NCBI GenBank assembly: GCA_044222185.1
Contig: JBGANV010000001.1
Coordinates: forward strand, 864,001 to 928,000
Direction of reading: 5' to 3'
DNA from: Planctomycetota bacterium
GTDB taxonomy: Bacteria; Planctomycetota; GCA-002687715; CAIWVZ01
DNA length: 64,000 nucleotides
The position numbers and the translations under genes were made by a program. Below the pieces are notes generated by a model, which was not told where the DNA came from, ran no database searches, and worked only from the letters and a program-made list of their open reading frames with translations. Of this stretch, positions 37,367 through 47,566 are shown in pieces (within the stretch, counting starts at the first letter, position 1; each line of letters starts with the position of its first letter).

Positions 37367-37951
37367 ATGGCAAGACTCTTCCTCGCCTTCGAGTTGCCCG
37401 AGCGCCTCCGCGAACGGCTCACCGAGGAGGTCGCGCGTCTGAAGGGGGCACGTGCCGACATCGCGTGGGTCCGACCCGAGAAGTTTCACGTGACGCTCCG
37501 GTTCGTGGGGGACGTCGACGACCTGGGCATCCTCGATCTCGCGCGACTGCTCCAGACCACCGCGACGGCGAGTGACGGGCCGCTGGATCTCGTCTGTCGT
37601 GGGCTCGGGTCGTTTCCAGAATCCGGGACGCCGCGCGTGATCTGGGCCGGCGTGCACGGTCGCAACGAGGACGAGGATTCGCGGATGCAGGATCTGCGGC
37701 GACGACTCCACGACGGAGTCCGCGCGTTGGGGTACCGCCCGGAGAAGGGCCCCTTCCACGCTCACGTCACGCTCGGCCGCGCCAAGGGCTCGGAGGGGCT
37801 CGATGCGGTCGTCGAGCGCATGGGGCCCATGCGCAAGAGAGAGTTCGCGCACTTTGCCGTCCCAGAAATCGTCCTGTTCGAGAGCCACGAAACCGAGATT
37901 GGGACCTCCTACACGGCCATCGAGAGGGCGACGCTCGGCCGGCACCGCTGA
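37367..37951 (+). CDS. thpR: RNA 2',3'-cyclic phosphodiesterase (2H family)
   Basis: RLFLA, two HVTL motifs, PRVIWAG; directly upstream of recA. Confidence 0.9.
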   Translation: MARLFLAFELPERLRERLTEEVARLKGARADIAWVRPEKFHVTLRFVGDVDDLGILDLARLLQTTATASDGPLDLVCRGLGSFPESGTPRVIWAGVHGRNEDEDSRMQDLRRRLHDGVRALGYRPEKGPFHAHVTLGRAKGSEGLDAVVERMGPMRKREFAHFAVPEIVLFESHETEIGTSYTAIERATLGRHR

Positions 37952-38089
37952 GCCGGACGGTCGAGGCGTCGTCCCGTTCCGACTGTCCCCCCGCCGCCGT
38001 AGAATCCGCCCCGAATTCAAAAACGTCCGGACACGCCCGCCAATCGAAGCGTCTCCTGGTTACACAAGCTCCAAAGGGAATCAGCAACC

Positions 38090-39226
38090 ATGGCCATCAA
38101 GCCGAACTCCAAGACTCCGGTCGACCCCGAACAAGCCCGCAAGGAACAGGCGATCGACTTCACCCTGAGCCAGATCGAGAAACAGTACGGCAAGGGGACG
38201 ATCATGCGACTCGGCGAGGTCAAGGACGTGGACATCAAGGGTGTCTCGACCGGGTCCATCTCGCTCGATCTGGCGCTCGGTGGCGTGGGCGTGCCGAGGG
38301 GACGCATCGTGGAGATCTTCGGACCGGAGTCATCCGGCAAGACGACGCTGGCGCTGCACGTCATCGCCAACGCGCAACGGGCCGGCGGCGTCTGCGCCTT
38401 CATCGACGCTGAACACGCCCTCGATCCGAACTACGCACGCAAGCTCGGTGTGAAGGTGGATGAGCTGCTCGTGAGCCAACCGGACAACGGCGAGCAGGCC
38501 CTCGAGATCGCCGAGATGCTCGTGCGCTCCAATTCCATCGACGTGATCGTCGTCGATTCGGTCGCGGCCCTCGTTCCCAAGGCCGAGATCGAAGGTGAGA
38601 TGGGCGACGCCTTCGTCGGGCTCCAGGCGCGTCTCATGTCCCAGGCCCTCCGCAAGCTGACCGGTGCCGTGCACAAATCCTGCGCGGCGTTGATCTTCAT
38701 CAACCAGCTGCGAGAGAAGATCGGGGTCATGTTCGGCAGTCCCGAAACGACCGCCGGCGGTCGAGCGCTGAAGTTCTATGCCTCGGTCCGCATCGACATC
38801 CGCCGCATCGGAAAGGTGAAGGACGGGGAGGACGTCACGGGGAGCCGTTGCAAGGCGACGGTCGTGAAGAACAAGCTCGCGCCCCCGTTCCGCGTCGCCG
38901 AGTTCGACATCATGTTCAACGAGGGGATCTCGGCCACGGGTGACATCATCGACCTCGCGACCGAGAATGGAATCCTCGACAAGACGGGAACATGGCTGAG
39001 CTTCAAGGACGAGCGATTGGGCCAGGGCCGCGATCGCGCTCGCCAGTTCATCCAGGAGAACCCCGACCTCCAGAAGCGCATCCTCGCGGCGATCATGGCG
39101 AAGCTCGGTCCCCAGGCCCAGAAGACGGACGCGACGGCGACGGGGCCAGCCACCGCCCCCAATTCTGGCGCTGCCGCCTCCAGCACCGCCGAACCACGGC
39201 GGGCAGCCACGACGACGACGGTGTGA
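38090..39226 (+). CDS. recA: Recombinase A
   Basis: [42 protein letters not shown]. Confidence 0.98.
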   Translation: MAIKPNSKTPVDPEQARKEQAIDFTLSQIEKQYGKGTIMRLGEVKDVDIKGVSTGSISLDLALGGVGVPRGRIVEIFGPESSGKTTLALHVIANAQRAGGVCAFIDAEHALDPNYARKLGVKVDELLVSQPDNGEQALEIAEMLVRSNSIDVIVVDSVAALVPKAEIEGEMGDAFVGLQARLMSQALRKLTGAVHKSCAALIFINQLREKIGVMFGSPETTAGGRALKFYASVRIDIRRIGKVKDGEDVTGSRCKATVVKNKLAPPFRVAEFDIMFNEGISATGDIIDLATENGILDKTGTWLSFKDERLGQGRDRARQFIQENPDLQKRILAAIMAKLGPQAQKTDATATGPATAPNSGAAASSTAEPRRAATTTTV

Positions 39227-39433
39227 TCCGCGGCACCTCGCGGACACGGTCCCAACTCCGGCAAACCCCTGCCAACACTGGGGGTGAAATGCTGCCGGGG
39301 TTTGGCATACTCCGTCCCACCTCGTGACAGGGGATCGGGTGTTTTGGGACGGCGCTCGGCGCCGTCGGACGCCTCGCCTCCCCAGACGCATCGAAGCGAC
39401 CGCAACCAGCGGTCGTTGACCGGAGTTCAGGAC

Positions 39434-39616
39434 ATGGCCGTTCCGAAGAGAAGGCTTTCGAAGCACCGCAAGCGTACCCGCCGCGCCCACCACCACATCG
39501 AGAACCTCCAGCTCAACCGCTGCACGCACTGCAACGCGGCGATCCCGCCGCACCGCGTGTGCCACCAATGCGGGCACTACGGGAGCAAGGAAGTCGTTCC
39601 GATGGAGAACTTCTGA
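39434..39616 (+). CDS. rpmF: 50S ribosomal protein L32 (Zn-ribbon form)
   Basis: MAVPKRRLSK...CTHC...PHRVCHQCGHY. Confidence 0.96.
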   Translation: MAVPKRRLSKHRKRTRRAHHHIENLQLNRCTHCNAAIPPHRVCHQCGHYGSKEVVPMENF

Positions 39617-39618
39617 GC

Positions 39619-40626
39619 GTGACGACCCGCATCGCACTGGATGCGATGGGCGGCGACCAGGCGCCGCGCGAAACGGTCCGGGGTGCCCTCGAAGCGGTAG
39701 CTCAGGAATCGGATCTCGTCGTCGTTCTCGTCGGAGACGAGCGGCAGATCCGTCAGGAGCTGGCGGGCGCGACCGGAGACACGTCGCGCTGTGAGATCGT
39801 CCACGCATCCGAGAACATCACCTGCGAGGAAGCGCCCGTCGAAGCGCTCCGTCGCAAGCGCGATGCGTCCATCGTCCGTGCCTGCGAGGTCGTCCAGAAA
39901 GGGCAGGCGAGCGGCCTCGTCGCCGCCGGCAGCACGGGCGCGGCCGTCGCGGCTTCCACGCTCAACTGGAAGCTGATTCCCTCCGTCCGCCGCGCGGGCA
40001 TCGCCGTCACTTTCCCGAACCGCATGGGCGGCCACACGGTGATGTGCGACGTGGGAGCCAACATCTCCTGCAAGCCGCTCCATCTCTACCACTACGGGAT
40101 CATGGCCGCGGAATACGCCAAGCACATCCTGGGGAAGAGAGAGCCGAGCGTCGGGCTGTTGAACGTCGGATCCGAGGAGGCGAAAGGCAACGAGCTGGTC
40201 AAGGAAACGAAACAGCTCTTCGCCCAGTCGCCGCTGAACTACCTGGGCCACATCGAAGGCAACGAGATCTTCGAGGGGCGCGCCGACGTCGTGGTCTGCG
40301 AGGGCTTCGTGGGGAACGTCGTCTTGAAGGCGGCTGAAGGCCTCTACGACGTGGTCTCGAACCGACTCTCCGAGCTGATGCGTGAAACCGAATCGGCTGC
40401 CGATGGAGCGTTCACCCAGAAGCTCGGCGGCTGGCTCAAGAAGTTCAAATCGCGAATGGACTACGCCGAGTACGGCGGAGCTCCACTCCTTGGTGTCAAC
40501 GGCCTTTGCATGATCTCGCACGGACGTTCCGACGCCCGGGCCATCAAGAACGCACTCCTCCTGGCGGCGAAGTTCACGCGCAACCGCGTGCTCGAGCACA
40601 TCCACGAGGGGCTCCGCGCCGGCTGA
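39619..40626 (+). CDS. plsX: Phosphate acyltransferase PlsX
   Basis: IALDAMGGD, DVGAN, LLNVGSEEAKG, YGGAPLLGV, SHGRS. Confidence 0.95.
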   Translation: MTTRIALDAMGGDQAPRETVRGALEAVAQESDLVVVLVGDERQIRQELAGATGDTSRCEIVHASENITCEEAPVEALRRKRDASIVRACEVVQKGQASGLVAAGSTGAAVAASTLNWKLIPSVRRAGIAVTFPNRMGGHTVMCDVGANISCKPLHLYHYGIMAAEYAKHILGKREPSVGLLNVGSEEAKGNELVKETKQLFAQSPLNYLGHIEGNEIFEGRADVVVCEGFVGNVVLKAAEGLYDVVSNRLSELMRETESAADGAFTQKLGGWLKKFKSRMDYAEYGGAPLLGVNGLCMISHGRSDARAIKNALLLAAKFTRNRVLEHIHEGLRAG

Positions 40627-40640
40627 GGCGGGAGGTCTCC

Positions 40641-41630
40641 ATGACGATGCTCCGCGAAGTCGGAATTCACGGCACGGGCGCCTATGCTCCGGAACGCATC
40701 CTCTCCAACGCGGACCTGGAGAAGATGGTCGACACGAGCGACGAGTGGATCTACTCCCGGACCGGCATGCGCGAGCGCCGGATCGCGGCACCGAATCAGG
40801 CGACGTCCGACCTCTGCATCGCCGCAGCCGAGCGCGCGATCGCCGACGCCGGCATCACACCGCTCGACCTCGACCTCATCATCGTCGCGACGGTCACTCC
40901 GGACCACCTCGTTCCCTCGACCTCGTGCATCGTCCAGCACAAACTGGGCGCAAGGAACGCCGCGGCCTTCGACCTGGGGGCCGCGTGCTCGGGGTTCGTC
41001 ACCGGACTGTTCGTGGGGAAGGCCCTCGTGGCGACGGGGCAGCGCCAGCGCGTGCTCGTGATCGGCGCGGAAACGATGAGTCGGATCGTCGACTACGAGG
41101 ATCGCTCCTCGTGCATCCTCTTCGGTGATGCTGCCGGCGCCGCCGTCCTCGGACCCTACAAGGGCCAGGGGCTCATCCTCGATGGCGACATCGGCGCGGA
41201 CGGCGCCGGAGGCGAGGCCATGGTCGTTCCGGCCGTGGGGTCCAGGAAGCCTGCAAGCCTCGAAGCGGTCCAGAATCGCGAGCACCTCCTCCGCATGCGC
41301 GGCAACGAAGTCTTCAAGTTCGCGGTGCAGAAGTTCCGCGACCTCGTGGCGGAACAGCTCGCGCGGACGGGGTTCAAGACGAGCGACCTCACGCTCGTGA
41401 TCCCGCACCAGGTCAATCTCCGCATCATCGACTCGGCGCTGAAGAAGCTCGAGATCGAGGACAGCCGGATCTACATCAACCTCGATCGCTACGGCAATAC
41501 ATCCGCCGGAAGCGTTCCTCTCGCGTTCGACGAAGCTCGCCGTGCCGGCCTCTTCCAGAGTGGAGCGCTGCTCTCACTGGTTGCCTTCGGCGCCGGCTTG
41601 ACTTGGGCCTCCGCGCTCATTCGCTGGTGA
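40641..41630 (+). CDS. fabH: 3-oxoacyl-ACP synthase III
   Basis: AACSGF, LFGDAAGA, PHQVN, GNTSAGS, FGAGLTW. Confidence 0.95.
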   Translation: MTMLREVGIHGTGAYAPERILSNADLEKMVDTSDEWIYSRTGMRERRIAAPNQATSDLCIAAAERAIADAGITPLDLDLIIVATVTPDHLVPSTSCIVQHKLGARNAAAFDLGAACSGFVTGLFVGKALVATGQRQRVLVIGAETMSRIVDYEDRSSCILFGDAAGAAVLGPYKGQGLILDGDIGADGAGGEAMVVPAVGSRKPASLEAVQNREHLLRMRGNEVFKFAVQKFRDLVAEQLARTGFKTSDLTLVIPHQVNLRIIDSALKKLEIEDSRIYINLDRYGNTSAGSVPLAFDEARRAGLFQSGALLSLVAFGAGLTWASALIRW

Positions 41631-41639
41631 GGAATCGAC

Positions 41640-42575
41640 GTGCAAGAGACAGCGATCCTCTTTCCTGGACAGGGAGCGCAGGAACCCGGCATGGGCCGAG
41701 ACTTCGCCGACCGGTTTCCCGCCGCGGCCCGAGTCTTCGCCGAGGCGAACGACGTCCTCGGATACGACCTGCTGCGACTGTGCTTCGATGGACCCGCGGC
41801 GGAGCTGACGCTCACGACGCATGCGCAGCCAGCCATCTACACGTGTTCGGTGGCCGTCACGGAGGCGCTGCGGGAGCAGGGACTCCTCACTGACGTCGGC
41901 GCGGCGGCTGGGCTCTCGCTTGGCGAGTACACCGCGCTGTGGTTTGCCGGCGTGTTTTCGTTCGCCGATGGGCTGCGCCTCGTGAAACGGCGCGGAGCCG
42001 CCATGCAGGCCGCAGCCGACGCCGCGCGTTCCGGGATGGTGAGTCTGCTCGGTGCCGATCGCGCCACCGCCGAAGCCGTCGCGGAGAAAGCCCGTGCGGG
42101 CGGCGTACTCGTCGTCGCGAACATCAACGCACCCGGCCAGATCGTCCTCTCGGGGGATTCGGACGCCTGCGGTCGCGTGCCGGCGGCCGCGAAGGAGCTG
42201 GGCGTGCGTCGTGCAATCCCACTGCAAGTTGCCGGCGCGTTCCATTCGCCGCTCATGGCACCGGCGCGCGCGGAGCTCGAAGCGGCGATCGCTGCCACGA
42301 AGCTTGCCGATCCGCGCCTTCCCGTGATCAGCAACGTCACCGCGGACGTGGTCCGTACGGCGTCCGACGTGCGCGCACTTCTCGCGCAGCAAGTCGTGTC
42401 CCCGGTGCTCTGGGAGGACTCCATGCGACGACTTTCGGCCATGGGGTTCAAGAAGTACGTGGAGCCGGCGCCGGGGAGCGTTCTCTCGGGCCTCGCACGG
42501 AAGATCCTGCCGGACGCACTGACGAAGAACTTCGCCACATGCGGAGACCTCGCGGCAGCTGGAGGCCAATCGTGA
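41640..42575 (+). CDS. fabD: Malonyl-CoA:ACP transacylase
   Basis: FPGQGAQ, AGLSLGEY, AGAFHS. Confidence 0.95.
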   Translation: MQETAILFPGQGAQEPGMGRDFADRFPAAARVFAEANDVLGYDLLRLCFDGPAAELTLTTHAQPAIYTCSVAVTEALREQGLLTDVGAAAGLSLGEYTALWFAGVFSFADGLRLVKRRGAAMQAAADAARSGMVSLLGADRATAEAVAEKARAGGVLVVANINAPGQIVLSGDSDACGRVPAAAKELGVRRAIPLQVAGAFHSPLMAPARAELEAAIAATKLADPRLPVISNVTADVVRTASDVRALLAQQVVSPVLWEDSMRRLSAMGFKKYVEPAPGSVLSGLARKILPDALTKNFATCGDLAAAGGQS

Positions 42576-43318
42576 CGCTCATGCTCGCCGATCGAGTCGC
42601 GGTCGTCACCGGCGCATCGCGCGGCATCGGTCGCGCCATCGCCGTCGCCTTGGCGCGCGCCGGCGCCGCCGTCGCGGTCGTCGCCACCTCGCAGGACAAC
42701 GCGCGCCAAACCGCTGACGTCGTCGCTGCGGCAGGGGGGCGTGCCGAGCCCTTCGCGGCGAATGTGGCCGATCCGGCTGCCGTCCAGGCCCTGGCGGATC
42801 AGGTAGTCAAGGCCTTTGGGAAGGTCGACATCCTCGTCAACAACGCCGGCGTGACGCGCGACGGTCTGCTCATGCGCATGAGCGAGGCCGACTGGGACAC
42901 GGTCCTCGACACGAATCTGAAAGGCGCCTTCCTGACCGTGAAGGCATTTTCTCGTCAGCTCATCAAATCGAAGTGCGGACGGGTCGTCAACATCGCCTCG
43001 GTGATCGGCATCGCCGGAAACGCCGGGCAGGCCAACTACGCCGCCAGCAAGGGCGGGCTGATTGCGTTCACGAAGTCCCTTGCCAAGGAGTTCGGTGGGC
43101 GAGGCGTGACGGCGAATGCCGTTGCTCCAGGCTTCATCGAGACCGACATGACGAAGGGACTCGAGCCAGGGCAGAAGGACGCCATGGTGCAGGGCACGTC
43201 ACTCGGGCGGCCTGGGTCGCCGGAGGACGTCGCAGGCCCTGTGTTGTTCCTCTGTTCCGATCTTGGAGGCTACGTCACGGGACAGGTCCTACAGGTCGAC
43301 GGAGGCATGCGGCTGTGA
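42572..43318 (+). CDS. fabG: 3-oxoacyl-ACP reductase
   Basis: TGASRGIG, NNAGVTRD, NYAASK, PGFIETDMT. Confidence 0.95.
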   Translation: MTLMLADRVAVVTGASRGIGRAIAVALARAGAAVAVVATSQDNARQTADVVAAAGGRAEPFAANVADPAAVQALADQVVKAFGKVDILVNNAGVTRDGLLMRMSEADWDTVLDTNLKGAFLTVKAFSRQLIKSKCGRVVNIASVIGIAGNAGQANYAASKGGLIAFTKSLAKEFGGRGVTANAVAPGFIETDMTKGLEPGQKDAMVQGTSLGRPGSPEDVAGPVLFLCSDLGGYVTGQVLQVDGGMRL

Positions 43319-43364
43319 AGGAATTCCCGCCGAGTTTCCGGCACGTGCCGGCCCCTCGGCGCCA

Positions 43365-43394
43365 TTGATAGGGCGACAAAGCGTGTGCTAAGAA
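43365..43394 (+). promoter_or_regulatory. Putative internal sigma70 promoter for acpP
   Basis: TTGATA-N18-TAAGAA with extended -10 TG. Confidence 0.45.
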
Positions 43395-43476
43395 GGCGCC
43401 CCGCGGGGGTCGGCTCCGCAGGCACGTAACTCTCGCGCGCCGAAGCCCTTTTGAAGAGAACCGAGGAACCTCATCT

Positions 43477-43722
43477 ATGTCCGGCAAGTCCATCGAGGAG
43501 CGCGTCGTCGAGATCGTCTGCGAGCAGCTCAACACGAAAAAGGAGGACGTCAAACGCGAGACGTCCTTCATCAATGACCTGGGGGCAGACTCGCTCGACA
43601 CCGTCGAACTCGTCATGGAGTTCGAGGAGCGTTTCGGCATCGAGATCCCGGACCAGGATGCGGAGAAGATCCGCACGGTCGGTGACGCTGTCGATTACAT
43701 CGCTTCGAAGACATCGGCTTGA
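43477..43722 (+). CDS. acpP: Acyl carrier protein
   Basis: [14 protein letters not shown]. Confidence 0.97.
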   Translation: MSGKSIEERVVEIVCEQLNTKKEDVKRETSFINDLGADSLDTVELVMEFEERFGIEIPDQDAEKIRTVGDAVDYIASKTSA

Positions 43723-43794
43723 TCCGATGAGGCCTTCGCCGACCTGGGGCTCGCCCGGGTCGTGGGGGAGGCGAACGGGAGGACGCCAGGAACG

Positions 43795-45039
43795 ATGAAT
43801 CGACGCCGCGTTGTGATCACCGGGATCGGGATCATCAGTCCCCTGGGACTGGATCGCGAATCGACGTTCGACGGACTGCTCGCCGGAGCGAACGGCGTCG
43901 GTCCGATCACGCTGTTCCCGACCGACAACTACGCGACGCGAATCGCGGGTGAAGTGAAGAACTTCGACCCCCGCAAGTTCCTCGATCCCCAGGAGACCCG
44001 CCGCCTCGACCGCTTCGTTCACCTGACGATGGCTTCGGGGATCGAAGCCATGGCCGACTCGGGGATCGACGTCGCGAAGGAGAACACCGACCGCATCGGC
44101 GTCATCTGCGGCAGCGGAATCGGCGGCCTCATGGAGATCGAATCCCAGCACACCGTGCTGATGGAGCGCGGCCCAGGGCGCGTGAACCCGTTCCTCATCC
44201 CCAAGCTGATGATGAACGCCATGAGCGCGCACCTCTCCATGCGCTTCGGTCTCCGCGGCCCCAACTGGGTCACGGCCTCCGCATGCGCATCGGCAGCCCA
44301 CGCGATCGGTAGCGCGCTCCGCGCGGTTCAATATGGGGAGGCGGACGTCGTCCTCACGGGCGGTTCGGAAGCCGCGATCACACCGCTTGGAATCGCCGGC
44401 TTCTGCAGCCTGCGCGCCATGTCGACTCGGAACGACGCGCCGGAGAAGGCCAGTCGCCCGTTCGATCGGGATCGCGACGGGTTCGTGATGGGCGAGGGTG
44501 CCGCCATCCTCGTCATCGAGGAACTCGAACATGCGCGGCAGCGCGGGGCCCGCATCTATTGCGAGCTGACCGGTTACGGCGCGACGGGGGATGCCCACCA
44601 CATCACGGCGCCAGCCGAGTTCGCCGAGGGAGCGCAGCGCTCCATGCGTCTCGCGATGGCGGATTCGGGCATGGCGATCACGGACGTGGACTACATCAAC
44701 GCCCACGGAACCTCCACGCCCATCAACGACCCGAACGAGACGGGCGCGATCAAGGCCGTCTTCGGCGCACACGCCAAGAAGCTCGCCGTCTCGTCGACCA
44801 AGTCCATGATCGGCCACCTCCTTGGCGCGTCGGCGGCCGTCGAAGCAGCAGTCTGCGCGCTGTCGATCTCGAGGAAGGTCGTCCACCCGACGCGCAACCT
44901 CGAGAATCCCGACCCGGCCTGTGACCTCGATTACGTGCCAGGGTCAGCTCGCGAGATGCCGATCCGGGGCGTCATCTCGAACAGCCTGGGCTTCGGTGGA
45001 CACAACTGCACGCTCGCGTTCCGTCGCTTCGACGGGTGA
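43795..45039 (+). CDS. fabF: 3-oxoacyl-ACP synthase II
   Basis: RRVVITG, SACAS, NAHGTST, KSMIGHLLGA, NSLGFGGHN. Confidence 0.96.
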   Translation: MNRRRVVITGIGIISPLGLDRESTFDGLLAGANGVGPITLFPTDNYATRIAGEVKNFDPRKFLDPQETRRLDRFVHLTMASGIEAMADSGIDVAKENTDRIGVICGSGIGGLMEIESQHTVLMERGPGRVNPFLIPKLMMNAMSAHLSMRFGLRGPNWVTASACASAAHAIGSALRAVQYGEADVVLTGGSEAAITPLGIAGFCSLRAMSTRNDAPEKASRPFDRDRDGFVMGEGAAILVIEELEHARQRGARIYCELTGYGATGDAHHITAPAEFAEGAQRSMRLAMADSGMAITDVDYINAHGTSTPINDPNETGAIKAVFGAHAKKLAVSSTKSMIGHLLGASAAVEAAVCALSISRKVVHPTRNLENPDPACDLDYVPGSAREMPIRGVISNSLGFGGHNCTLAFRRFDG

Positions 45040-45069
45040 GGCGCGAGGCCTGCGCCCCATGAGGCAGCC

Positions 45070-46470
45070 ATGACGTCGAATGAGGCCGGCACCTGGGGCG
45101 ATCGCCTGGTTCGTCTGGGACAGAATGCGCTGGCGGAGCACTGGCGTGGTTTGAACCCCGCGCTCCGCGTCGGACTCGAACGTGAGCTGGAGCGCACCGA
45201 TTTTGCACTCCTCTCGCGGCTCGTGCGCGACCTGGGGAAAGGGGCGCATGCGCAGGGCTCGTTGACGATCGAGCCGATCGCCGTCACGCGCAAGGCTCAG
45301 GATGCCGCCGCGGATGCGAAGGCGCGCGCGGTCGGTGAGGCCGCGCTGCAGGCGGGGAAGGTCGCGGCTCTCGTCGTGGCAGGGGGCCAGGGCTCGCGGC
45401 TCGGACATGCGGGGCCGAAGGGGACGTACCCGGCCACTCCGATCCGCCGAAAGACCCTCTTCCAGCTGTTTGCCGAGAAGATCCAAGCGCTCTCGCGGCG
45501 CTACGGGAAGCCCCTGCCTCTGCTCGTGATGACGAGCGAGGAGAACCACGAAGACACCACGAACTACTTCGCGTCGCAGCGGGACTTCGGCCTTGCGCCC
45601 GGCCAGCTGCGGTTCTTCACACAGGGAATGCTCCCCGCAGTCGACGAGTCCGGCGCGCTCGTCGTGAAGTCGCCCGGGGCCCTTTTCCGGAGCCCGAACG
45701 GCCACGGCGGAACGCTCCTCGCCCTGCGCGACAGCGGGCTGCTCGGTCGGCTCCGAGACGAGGGCGTCGAGGACGTCTTCTACTTCCAGGTCGACAATCC
45801 CCTCGTCGAGGTCTGTGATCCCGTGTTCGTCGGTTACCACCGCTTGTCGGGGAGCGAGTTCTCGTCGAAGGTCGTTGCGAAGTCAGGACCCGAGGAGAAG
45901 GTCGGCGTCTTGGCTCGCCAGGACGGGCGCGTGTGCGTCATCGAGTACAGCGATCTCCCGCCGGCGCTGCTCCACCAGCGCAATGCAGACGGGGCGCTCA
46001 CGTTCTCCGCCGGCAACATCGCGATTCACGTGCTCTCGCTCGCTTTCGTGGACCGCATCACGAGCGCGGCGTTCGAGCTGCCGTTTCACGTCGCTCGGAA
46101 AGCCCTCCCGGTCGTGCTTGCCGATGGTTCTCCGGGGAAGGTGACCGGGATCAAATTCGAGACCTTCATCTTCGACGCCCTCGCGGAGGCGCGGAATCCG
46201 TTCTCGCTCGAGGTCCTCCGCGAGGAGGAGTTTGCCCCGATCAAGAACGCGACGGGCGTGGACTCGGCCGAGACGTCGTCGCGGCTCCAATCGTCGTTGC
46301 ACGCCCGGTGGCTGTCCGAGCACGGTGTGCGAATGCCCATCGGCCCTGACGGAATGCCGGCCCAACTCGTCGAGATCTCTCCCACGTTCGCACTGGATTC
46401 GGCGTCGCTACGGACGCGCCGACTCCCTCCGATCGACCCATCTCGGCCGATCTACCTCGGAGACGAATGA
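45070..46470 (+). CDS. UDP-N-acetylglucosamine pyrophosphorylase (UAP1/UDPGP family)
   Basis: AGGQGSRLG...PKG, SPNGHGG, QVDNPL, EYSDL, KFETFIFD, EEFAPIKN. Confidence 0.9.
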   Translation: MTSNEAGTWGDRLVRLGQNALAEHWRGLNPALRVGLERELERTDFALLSRLVRDLGKGAHAQGSLTIEPIAVTRKAQDAAADAKARAVGEAALQAGKVAALVVAGGQGSRLGHAGPKGTYPATPIRRKTLFQLFAEKIQALSRRYGKPLPLLVMTSEENHEDTTNYFASQRDFGLAPGQLRFFTQGMLPAVDESGALVVKSPGALFRSPNGHGGTLLALRDSGLLGRLRDEGVEDVFYFQVDNPLVEVCDPVFVGYHRLSGSEFSSKVVAKSGPEEKVGVLARQDGRVCVIEYSDLPPALLHQRNADGALTFSAGNIAIHVLSLAFVDRITSAAFELPFHVARKALPVVLADGSPGKVTGIKFETFIFDALAEARNPFSLEVLREEEFAPIKNATGVDSAETSSRLQSSLHARWLSEHGVRMPIGPDGMPAQLVEISPTFALDSASLRTRRLPPIDPSRPIYLGDE

Positions 46471-47531
46471 TGTCGAGCGTGCGGCACGTGGCGGTGCTCT
46501 TCGGCGGGATCTCCTCCGAGCACGTCGTCTCGTTGAAGACCGGCGCGACGATGGTTCGCGGACTCGTACGGGCTGGATTTCAGGTCACGCCGGTCGTGAT
46601 CGGACTCACGGGGACCTGGTGCCTGACCACACCGGACTCGGTCTCCGCAGGGCTTCCGGCGAAAGTGGAGGACGTTCTTCCCGGCGCCGCACAGACCGGT
46701 GATGCACTGACGGTCGCCGGCGAGCTGATCCGGCGCGGCGTTCAGGTCGTCGTGATCGGGCTGCACGGACCTGGAGGCGAAGACGGCTCCCTCCAAGGCT
46801 TCCTGCAGACGGCGCGGCTTCCGTACACGGGGCCTGGTGTCGCCGCGTCCGCAATCGCCATGGACAAGCTGATGCTCAAACGCCTGATGAAGGCGGCCGG
46901 GCTCCCCACGGCGGACTGGATCGAGTTCGAGGCTGAAGACACGACGCCGGAGCGATTCCCCGCGGCGGTGGAGCGGGCCCGCGCCTGGTCCGCGCCCGGC
47001 GGTTGGCCGGTCGTGGTGAAGGCTCGAACGCTCGGCTCGTCCGTCGGCGTAGCCATCGCACAGGATCCACAGGGGCTCGAGAAGGCGATGACCGAAGTCG
47101 CACGCGAGCGCGCGGGTCTCTTCATCGAGCGGGCGATCCGCGGCGTGGAGGTCTCCTGCGCTGCGTTCGGCAGCGGGGAGTCGACGCGCGCGTTTCCAGC
47201 AATCGAGATCGTCCCGAAGAAAGCCGCGTGGTTCGACTTCGAGAGCAAGTACGCGAGCGGGGGCGCCGTCGAGCGGATTCCCGCGCAAATCTCGCCAACG
47301 GCCGAGGCGCGGGTCCGTGAGTTGGCCATCGCCGTCCATCGCCTGATCGGGGCCGACGGCATCACCCGAACGGACATGATCGTCGAGGGAGATTCTCCGA
47401 AGGTCCTCGAGACCAACACGCTTCCGGGGATGACCGAAACCTCGCTCGTGCCCCAGGAGGCACGGGCGATCGGTTGGTCGTTGGAGACCCTCCTCACGAG
47501 GATGGTCGAAAACGCCGTCAGCCGTTCGTGA
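46467..47531 (+). CDS. ddl: D-alanine--D-alanine ligase
   Basis: GGISSEHVVS, LHGPGGEDG, AMDK, GSSVG, FDFESKY, ETNTLPGMT. Confidence 0.93.
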   Translation: MMSSVRHVAVLFGGISSEHVVSLKTGATMVRGLVRAGFQVTPVVIGLTGTWCLTTPDSVSAGLPAKVEDVLPGAAQTGDALTVAGELIRRGVQVVVIGLHGPGGEDGSLQGFLQTARLPYTGPGVAASAIAMDKLMLKRLMKAAGLPTADWIEFEAEDTTPERFPAAVERARAWSAPGGWPVVVKARTLGSSVGVAIAQDPQGLEKAMTEVARERAGLFIERAIRGVEVSCAAFGSGESTRAFPAIEIVPKKAAWFDFESKYASGGAVERIPAQISPTAEARVRELAIAVHRLIGADGITRTDMIVEGDSPKVLETNTLPGMTETSLVPQEARAIGWSLETLLTRMVENAVSRS

Positions 47532-47566
47532 GCGCCCCGGGCGAACGCGCGTAGAATCCTCGCGCA

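Noticed and set aside
39619-45039. fabH/fabD/fabG/acpP/fabF as a type II PKS or ladderane cluster
   Set aside because: Canonical FAS II order with rpmF-plsX; no chain-length factor, cyclase or radical SAM genes.
46467-47531. Ddl as a vancomycin-resistance D-Ala-D-Lac ligase
   Set aside because: The omega loop keeps KY, and no vanH, vanX or vanRS neighbours are present.
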